This document shows positions 58,462 through 64,000 of a stretch of DNA of 64,000 bases, one piece after another. The position numbers were made by a program, and so were the translations under genes. The notes below the pieces were generated by a model. The model was given only the letters and a program-made list of their open reading frames with translations, did not search any database and was not told the origin of the DNA. The DNA comes from Armatimonadota bacterium. Lineage in GTDB: Bacteria > Armatimonadota > UBA5829 > JAUSEB01. The stretch lies in contig JAUSGG010000025.1 of assembly GCA_030649165.1 (NCBI GenBank), forward strand, positions 3,967 through 67,966. The letters are read 5' to 3'. Numbering within the stretch: the stretch's first letter is position 1; each line of letters begins with the position of its first letter.

Positions 58462-58493
58462 AAGCCGGACCTGCGAAGTCCGGCTTTTCTCGG
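58462..58493 (-). terminator. intrinsic terminator
   Basis: GCCGGAC-TTCGCAG-GTCCGGC followed by a T-run on the minus strand. Confidence 0.5.
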
Positions 58494-58520
58494 TTATGCG
58501 GCCCGGCTTATTGCCGGCGC

Positions 58521-59750
58521 CTATCTCTCCTGTCTTTCTCCCTTCCGAAGTCTTCTCCGAGCCGCTCCAAGAGCGGTGAGTATGCCGATGGCGACGCCTG
58601 ACAATGTCGATGGCTCAGGCACGGGGCCCGGACGGACAAAGGCCACTCCTTCGGGATAACCGAAGCCCGTCAGCCGGTTCACGTAGCTGAACTGGTCACC
58701 AGATATGTTTATCCAGGACAGCGAATTCTGTTCAGCGCTCGTCACCAGCAGTTGAGTCCCGTCGGGCGAGACGGAAAGACGATGAAAGGCGCTGCTTCCC
58801 GTGAGCTCCACAATGTCGGTGTGCGTCAATCCGGTAGCTTTACTTAAAGTGTATCGATGAATCTTGTTCGTGCCCTTTTCGGCAATAAACAGGTGGTCGG
58901 CCACGGCGGCCAGGGAGTCCGGTTCGACCGAGCCAATGTCATAAGAGGTCAGGTCTGCTATGCCGGTTTCGGGATCTATGGCGGCGAGTCTGTAGGCCCC
59001 GACGCCGGATCTGAAGTCCGTGAAGACATATCGGCCCAGGTCGGTTTCTGACAGCGCAAGGTCCGTGGGGCCGCCCTCAACTGAGACGTTCATTCTCCCT
59101 CCGTCGCCGAACACCGTAACGCCCGAGACGCCGGTGACGTTCCGGTAGTTGATCCCTTCGTTGGCAACGAATACCTTGTCGGAGCCGCCCTTCATAGATC
59201 GAACGACGAGAACCCCTTCGGGATTACGGGAGGCGGTGTGGTTAGGAGGAACGGACTCGCTGTCGTCCCAGGTAAGCGCTTCACTTCCATAGTACATCCA
59301 GGCGTTATTGTTCTTCCGGAGTTCCCACATGGTTCCTGTTCTACGGCCCGTAACATACAGCCAATCGTCCCCGCTCCCGACGGCCCCCCATTTGGCCGAC
59401 CCAACTCCGTTTGGAAGGTTGATGTGCTGCTGGACCTCCATAAGTACGGCCGAGGTTCCGGTGTCAACAGCTTTGAGGATCGACACGTAACCGCTGTCGT
59501 TGACTACGTAGACATTCTGGCCGAACGTCGTTACGCCGCGCGGCCTTCCGCCGACGGAGTACGGATTGCCCACTGTTGTCCAACCGCCGCCTGCATACTT
59601 GAGAAGTGAGACGGTTCCGTTACTGTAATTGGCGACAACCGAGTATTGCTGGGCGAAGCCTGGGATGTGGAAACCAAATAATAGAATAACAGCCGCGGCA
59701 GCGACCGCTGAGCAAAGCTTTGCCCGCCTGGCGGTAAGCATTATGCGCAC
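58521..59750 (-). CDS. PEP-CTERM beta-propeller protein
   Basis: Signal peptide. Beta-propeller-like repeats. C-terminal VPEPSTLSGVAIGILTALGAARRR. Confidence 0.7.
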   Translation of the reverse strand: MRIMLTARRAKLCSAVAAAAVILLFGFHIPGFAQQYSVVANYSNGTVSLLKYAGGGWTTVGNPYSVGGRPRGVTTFGQNVYVVNDSGYVSILKAVDTGTSAVLMEVQQHINLPNGVGSAKWGAVGSGDDWLYVTGRRTGTMWELRKNNNAWMYYGSEALTWDDSESVPPNHTASRNPEGVLVVRSMKGGSDKVFVANEGINYRNVTGVSGVTVFGDGGRMNVSVEGGPTDLALSETDLGRYVFTDFRSGVGAYRLAAIDPETGIADLTSYDIGSVEPDSLAAVADHLFIAEKGTNKIHRYTLSKATGLTHTDIVELTGSSAFHRLSVSPDGTQLLVTSAEQNSLSWINISGDQFSYVNRLTGFGYPEGVAFVRPGPVPEPSTLSGVAIGILTALGAARRRLRKGERQER

Positions 59751-59894
59751 CTCGTGAAGATAACGCCTTCTCGTCCCTCAAGGAAGGTTGTGCACAAATC
59801 GTGCCATTGGGGAAGAGTCGAAGGAGTCCGACGGGTGGCGCCGCGGGAACTGACTGGGCGAATTGCGGATCGTTTTGCTTGGGGAGACCATTCC

Positions 59895-59965
59895 CGCGGG
59901 ATAGGGAGGCGGGGCTCAGGGAAGAACGCGGATAAACACGGATGAGCGCTTGAACGCGGATGGGG
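59895..59965. repeat. GATGAACGC-family arm
   Basis: GGCTCAGGGAAGAACGCGGATAAACACGGATGAGCGCTTGAACGCGGATGG. Confidence 0.65.
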
Positions 59966-60042
59966 AGAGGGAGTCGGACCGATCTGACGGATCGGCCAAC
60001 CGTCAACCGTCAACCGCTAACCAGCAACCAACAACCAACAAC

Positions 60043-62280
60043 TTACCACCGCAGCGAGATCAGGTGGTCCCCCGTGGTGAGACTCTCGATGGTGACCTCG
60101 TAGGCCGCGCCCAGATCCGTAACTGAGAAGTCCACGTTGCGCCCGTCTACCATCGCTTCGTTGGGCGTGACTTTGGTGATAAAGGATATTCGTGACCGGG
60201 TGAAGGCCGAGATGTCGGCGCGGCCGGCCCCGTCAACGACGGAAACGACGTAAACCGCATCGACGATGTCGTAGAGTTTCGAGCGTTTGCCGACCCGTCT
60301 GAACAGCCGGAACGAGAGCGGCTCCAGATCAAGTGTGGAACTGGAGTCCCGCGGCAGCAGTTTGCCGTTGACGACGTCCCACATGACGCAGATGCCGTGC
60401 GGCAGCGTCGCCCGTGTGGGCGCGTCCGACGCATTGGCGACTACGACATACCCGGCCCGCGTTTCGCTCCAGAGCAATCCTTCGCCGACACCCTGAATCG
60501 CCGGCGGCGAGGTCCCCAGTCGGTGAAGCGCGTATTTGACTATTTGCGCGGCGATCCCCGCGGTGGATTCGGAAAGCCCCAATCCGCAGAAGATACCGAG
60601 TCCGTCAGCGCCGTTGCTCTTGATGACAACCGGCGTTCCCGTGCGCTCATCCGCGTAAATAACGGCGCTTCTGGAACCGAATATGCGCTCAACGTTAGCG
60701 ATCCTGTCCACCGAAACCTCGACTTGCCGGCCGAGGAAGGCGGTCCTCGTGGCGCGCGATACGTGAGTGAGCTTGGCCTGACCGTTGGGCAATTCCACCC
60801 GCGGCTCGGCGTGCTGGCGCACCCCTATCGTCCGGAGGATTTGGGGGAACGCGTCGGCCAGCGGCTGCTCGCCGGGAGTCTCTTCGTCGGCGGAGAACCC
60901 GAGTCCGCCGCCGAATACCAGCACTGCCCGCCCGGGCGCGGCCTGCCACCACTGCCGGAGTATCCGCGCCTGCGCAATCGAAATCGGGAAGCGCTCGTCA
61001 AGAATGACGACCCGCGTCTCCGGCGCGCTTTCCAGTCCCTTGGCCAGCGAATCGGCGTACAGCGTGCGCATCGGCAGCTTTTCGTTGAACATGAGCTGCT
61101 TCGCAATCGCCCAATACGACCGCCATGCCGTTTCGTACGTATAAGGCGCGGCGTGCCGGCCTCCTCGATAGGAAAACAGGAAGGCGACCGGCGAAACGGG
61201 GTTGCCCAGGCGGTTGACGAACCGGTTCACCGGCGTCATGAACTCCATGTGAGCGCTGTCGGCGCCGTACCGCTGGCCGTACCAGTGCCTGGTCATGCCG
61301 TTTGGCGCGGCGGCCAGTGACGCCAGGAGGGCCTTTTGGAAGAACTCCAGTGGAATCAGAGGAAGCTCGGACGTTGCCGCCGATACCCGGAATTCCCAAC
61401 TATCGGGATTGTTCGTGTGCTCGTCTACGGGATTCGTGACGGCCATTACCGGCTTGCCGGTCGCATGGGCGAGGACCTCGGGATAGTAAAGAAGAGGCGA
61501 TCTCTCCATATCGTCACCCGTGCGCATTGTGCCCACGTAGACGTTGTCCGGCTGCATTCGGACAACCAGGAAATCGACATCGTCCAGACCCGCGATCCGC
61601 CCGATGTCGCAGGACGTGTTCAGAGTTCCCTCGGGGGTGTTCTCAATGGTGGGGATGAAGAACCAGGGCATGATACCTGTCTTCGTGGCTCCGACTGACT
61701 TGGCATGAGCGGCCAAATCTTCATAGAAACGGACAAGCACGTCGGCCTTCAGCTTTTGGACTTTCAGATACCCCTCGGTCTCATCCCGTTCCAGGGGATA
61801 GTCAACGTTCGGATATTCCTCTTTGAACAGCGCGTAAAACCGGTCCTTGTGGCCGGGGATATCCACCCTGTACATAGGCTCTTCGAACACGACCCAGTCA
61901 TAGCCGTAGTCCTCGACGAAGACACGGGTTAGTTCCTTGAGAAAGGCTTTCCACTTTTCCGATGCGAACGACGCGAAGAAGCTGCCGTCTACAAACATGT
62001 CGGGGGCGTTGTCCAGGTGGTACTGGGCCTCGTCGATGTCGACGGCCTCGGGGTGAGCCACGGTCGTCTGTATTTGCACGCACGCGGGCAGACCGCGTTT
62101 GTGCGCATCCTGGGCGAAAGAGGTGTAGGCTTGTCTGCACTCGTCGAACACCTCTTTCGGTGGTTGCGCATAATAGGCGGCGTAGGCGACATCGAAGCCC
62201 CAACGGTCCAGGTCTTCGAAGTACTGGGCCCGATATTGCTCGTCCTTCAGTCGATTACAGCCAACAGGCAGTGCATTCAT
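60043..62280 (-). CDS. hypothetical glycoside-hydrolase-like protein (intracellular)
   Basis: Start at MNALPVGCN (62280) behind GGAGGGGA. Long ORF with TIM-barrel-like N-terminal half. Weak call. Confidence 0.5.
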   Translation of the reverse strand: MNALPVGCNRLKDEQYRAQYFEDLDRWGFDVAYAAYYAQPPKEVFDECRQAYTSFAQDAHKRGLPACVQIQTTVAHPEAVDIDEAQYHLDNAPDMFVDGSFFASFASEKWKAFLKELTRVFVEDYGYDWVVFEEPMYRVDIPGHKDRFYALFKEEYPNVDYPLERDETEGYLKVQKLKADVLVRFYEDLAAHAKSVGATKTGIMPWFFIPTIENTPEGTLNTSCDIGRIAGLDDVDFLVVRMQPDNVYVGTMRTGDDMERSPLLYYPEVLAHATGKPVMAVTNPVDEHTNNPDSWEFRVSAATSELPLIPLEFFQKALLASLAAAPNGMTRHWYGQRYGADSAHMEFMTPVNRFVNRLGNPVSPVAFLFSYRGGRHAAPYTYETAWRSYWAIAKQLMFNEKLPMRTLYADSLAKGLESAPETRVVILDERFPISIAQARILRQWWQAAPGRAVLVFGGGLGFSADEETPGEQPLADAFPQILRTIGVRQHAEPRVELPNGQAKLTHVSRATRTAFLGRQVEVSVDRIANVERIFGSRSAVIYADERTGTPVVIKSNGADGLGIFCGLGLSESTAGIAAQIVKYALHRLGTSPPAIQGVGEGLLWSETRAGYVVVANASDAPTRATLPHGICVMWDVVNGKLLPRDSSSTLDLEPLSFRLFRRVGKRSKLYDIVDAVYVVSVVDGAGRADISAFTRSRISFITKVTPNEAMVDGRNVDFSVTDLGAAYEVTIESLTTGDHLISLRW

Positions 62281-62442
62281 GTATTCCCCTCCCATAGTTT
62301 GCGCGAAAACAGTAACCTTCCCAAAGCGCACCGGCGGGCTCTTCCCGTTTCCGTACGTGGAACGTAGCGCAACCTTGCGCTGGGGAGGGGAGGGCAAAAG
62401 GCCAAATGAGGCATCCCTGCATCCTACTTCTAAACTACATTG

Positions 62443-62533
62443 TGGCGGAGGGAGTGGGATTCGAACCCACGGCCCCGATGAATCGGGACGACGGTTTTCA
62501 AGACCGCTCGATTAAACCGCTCTCGCATCCCTC
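62443..62533 (-). tRNA. tRNA-Ser (anticodon UGA), type II with long variable arm
   Basis: Minus strand: GGAGGGATGCGAGAGCGGTTTAATCGAGCGGTCTTGAAAACCGTCGTCCCGATTCATCGGGGCCGTGGGTTCGAATCCCACTCCCTCCGCCA. Acceptor GGAGGGA/TCCCTCC, anticodon loop CTTGAAA, T-loop GGTTCGAATCC, discriminator G plus CCA. Confidence 0.85.
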
Positions 62534-62809
62534 CGCGTCGATACATTATACAAGCGAGCCCACTTAATGTCAATTAGTGTCAGCGGAGCGGTTCTCGGTT
62601 GTCGATTGACGGTTGTCAGTTGGTCTCTACTCGTTCCTCCCCCGTTTTTTCGTTGACATCCTCCCGGTCGAGCCTGTATAACATGTTTGGTCAGCGCGTG
62701 AGGTTAAAGCCTCACGCTATCATAATAAAAGCAAGCTAAAGCAAGCTTCGGGCGCCGAATCCGCGCAACAGCGCGATAATTGTAACAGTTCAGGAACCGA
62801 GAGAAGATT

Positions 62810-62872
62810 CACCCTCACCCCGTTCGCTTCGCTCAGGGCAGACTCTAACCCTCTCCCGTCAAGGGAGAGGGG
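62810..62872. repeat. REP-like hairpin repeat variant
   Basis: CACCCTCACCCC...CTAACCCTCTCCCGTCAAGGGAGAGGGGATT. Confidence 0.7.
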
Positions 62873-62981
62873 ATTGCGCTCGTGCTCTCTCGAAAGTGAG
62901 CGTCGAAAGAAACCGTACTCGCCATTTCTGAACCGTTTCCGATAATTCCCGTTTTTCGACGAATCAGGAGAACAGATTATC

Positions 62982-64000
62982 ATGATTGATAACAGGCCAG
63001 TGGATGTGGCCGCCGCGGGTCACATCTGCCTGGATATTATACCCAAATTTCCCGATGGAGCCGGCAAGACGATCGAGGAGATCATGCGCCCCGGCAAGCT
63101 GGTCAACGTCGAAGCGGCCGCCATATCGACGGGCGGACCGGTCTCCAACACGGGCATCGGTCTTTCGATACTCGGTATGGACGTGGAGTTCATCACGCAG
63201 GTTGGGGACGACTACTTCGGGGAAGCGATCATCTCCCGGTTGCAGAAGATCGGCCACAGCGAGGGCGTGAGGATCGCCAAGGGACAGCACAGCTCCTATA
63301 CAATCGCCATCGCCCCTCCCGGAATCGACCGAATCTTCCTGCACAACCCCGGCACCAACAACACCTTTACCAGCGATTCTTTCGACATCGAACCGGTTCG
63401 CAAGGCCAGGATATTCCATCTCGGCTACCCGCCGCTGATGCGCGGGCTGTACGCCAACGGCGGCGAGGAGCTGACCAAGACGTTCAAGAAGGCCAAAGAG
63501 GCCGGCGCGACCACATCGCTCGATATGTCGCTGCCCGACCCGGCTTCAGAGTCCGGGCGCGTGCAATGGGATTCGATTTTGCAAAATACGCTGCCTTACG
63601 TGGACATATTCCTTCCGAGCATCGAGGAGGGCATGTTCTTCACCCAGCCCGATCGCTACCTCGATATGCGGCAGAAGAACGGCGGCAAGGAGATTCTCGA
63701 CCTCCTGAACGGCGACGATTACACTGAGCTTGCGGAGAAGTTCCTGGAGTATGGCTCTCGGATGGTCGCCTTGAAGAGCGCCCACCGCGGCTGGTATCTC
63801 AGGACCGGCTCGAAGGAGAAGCTGGCGGGAATCGGCCCCGCGCAGCCCGGCGACATAGACAGTTGGGCAAATCGCGAGCTTTGGTGCCCGGCGTTCCACG
63901 TGGAGAAGATCGCCAGCGCAACCGGCTCCGGCGACTCGTCCATCGCCGGTTTCCTGTCCGCCTACCTGCGCGGCGAGCGAATCGAGAGATGTCTGCAATT
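62982..64000 (+). CDS. PfkB-family carbohydrate kinase, 5' end in window and 3' end beyond right edge
   Basis: Own translation from ATG 62982 (RBS CAGGAGAAC): MIDNRPVDVAAAGHICLDIIPKF...ATGSGDSSIAGFLSAY (PfkB GAGD-type signature). No stop before the window ends. Absent from the ORF track. Confidence 0.8.
   Translation, partial: MIDNRPVDVAAAGHICLDIIPKFPDGAGKTIEEIMRPGKLVNVEAAAISTGGPVSNTGIGLSILGMDVEFITQVGDDYFGEAIISRLQKIGHSEGVRIAKGQHSSYTIAIAPPGIDRIFLHNPGTNNTFTSDSFDIEPVRKARIFHLGYPPLMRGLYANGGEELTKTFKKAKEAGATTSLDMSLPDPASESGRVQWDSILQNTLPYVDIFLPSIEEGMFFTQPDRYLDMRQKNGGKEILDLLNGDDYTELAEKFLEYGSRMVALKSAHRGWYLRTGSKEKLAGIGPAQPGDIDSWANRELWCPAFHVEKIASATGSGDSSIAGFLSAYLRGERIERCLQ

Noticed and set aside
62443-62533. 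Long-variable-arm tRNA considered as tRNA-Sec (selC), given the nearby Sec-containing selD
   Set aside because: The anticodon loop CTTGAAA gives anticodon UGA, which decodes Ser UCA codons, not UCA for Sec. The 7-bp acceptor stem and overall form fit tRNA-Ser.

Overview
This 64-kb window is from a high-GC (~65%) bacterial chromosome, and almost all real genes lie on the minus strand.

Housekeeping genes are present: alaS, argS, rpmB, a tRNA-Ser, and selD. selD here is a selenoprotein: it is truncated in the ORF track because it contains an in-frame UGA (Sec) followed by a SECIS-like hairpin.

These are interspersed with sugar-catabolism genes: two PfkB kinases, a Zn-dependent alcohol dehydrogenase, a GH2 and a GH36 glycoside hydrolase, and other secreted hydrolase-like proteins.

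Envelope genes include an SLH-domain outer-membrane porin, two PEP-CTERM proteins and a DUF2339/DUF3999 pair.

A 10-gene hdrCBA-flxDCBA (HdrABC + FlxABCD-type) electron-bifurcation cluster occupies 37.6-47.6 kb.

Two accessory regions stand out.

- **4.3-6.9 kb:** two tandem paralogous toxin-antitoxin-like cassettes. In one, a DUF433 antitoxin-like gene is paired with a DUF5615 PIN-like toxin. In the other, the DUF433 domain is fused to a nucleotide-cyclase/GGDEF-like palm domain.
- **29.9-37.6 kb:** a lower-GC island. It is bracketed by paralogous HEPN/MNT modules, and its inner part is bounded by a ~100-bp duplication of the 3' end of the flxA-like gene. It carries:
  - a SEC-C / transmembrane / DUF4238 three-gene operon;
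  - an AAA_14-DUF4143 ATPase with an AT-rich palindromic operator region;
  - a 2TM GAF-like protein with an overlapping small ORF.

Intergenic space is crowded with several families of short hairpin/MITE-like repeats. One palindromic family occupies every intergenic gap of the hdr-flx operon and supplies the N- or C-terminal codons of some ORFs.

A candidate ~117-nt sRNA with a consensus sigma70 promoter and an intrinsic terminator lies at 20.35-20.50 kb.
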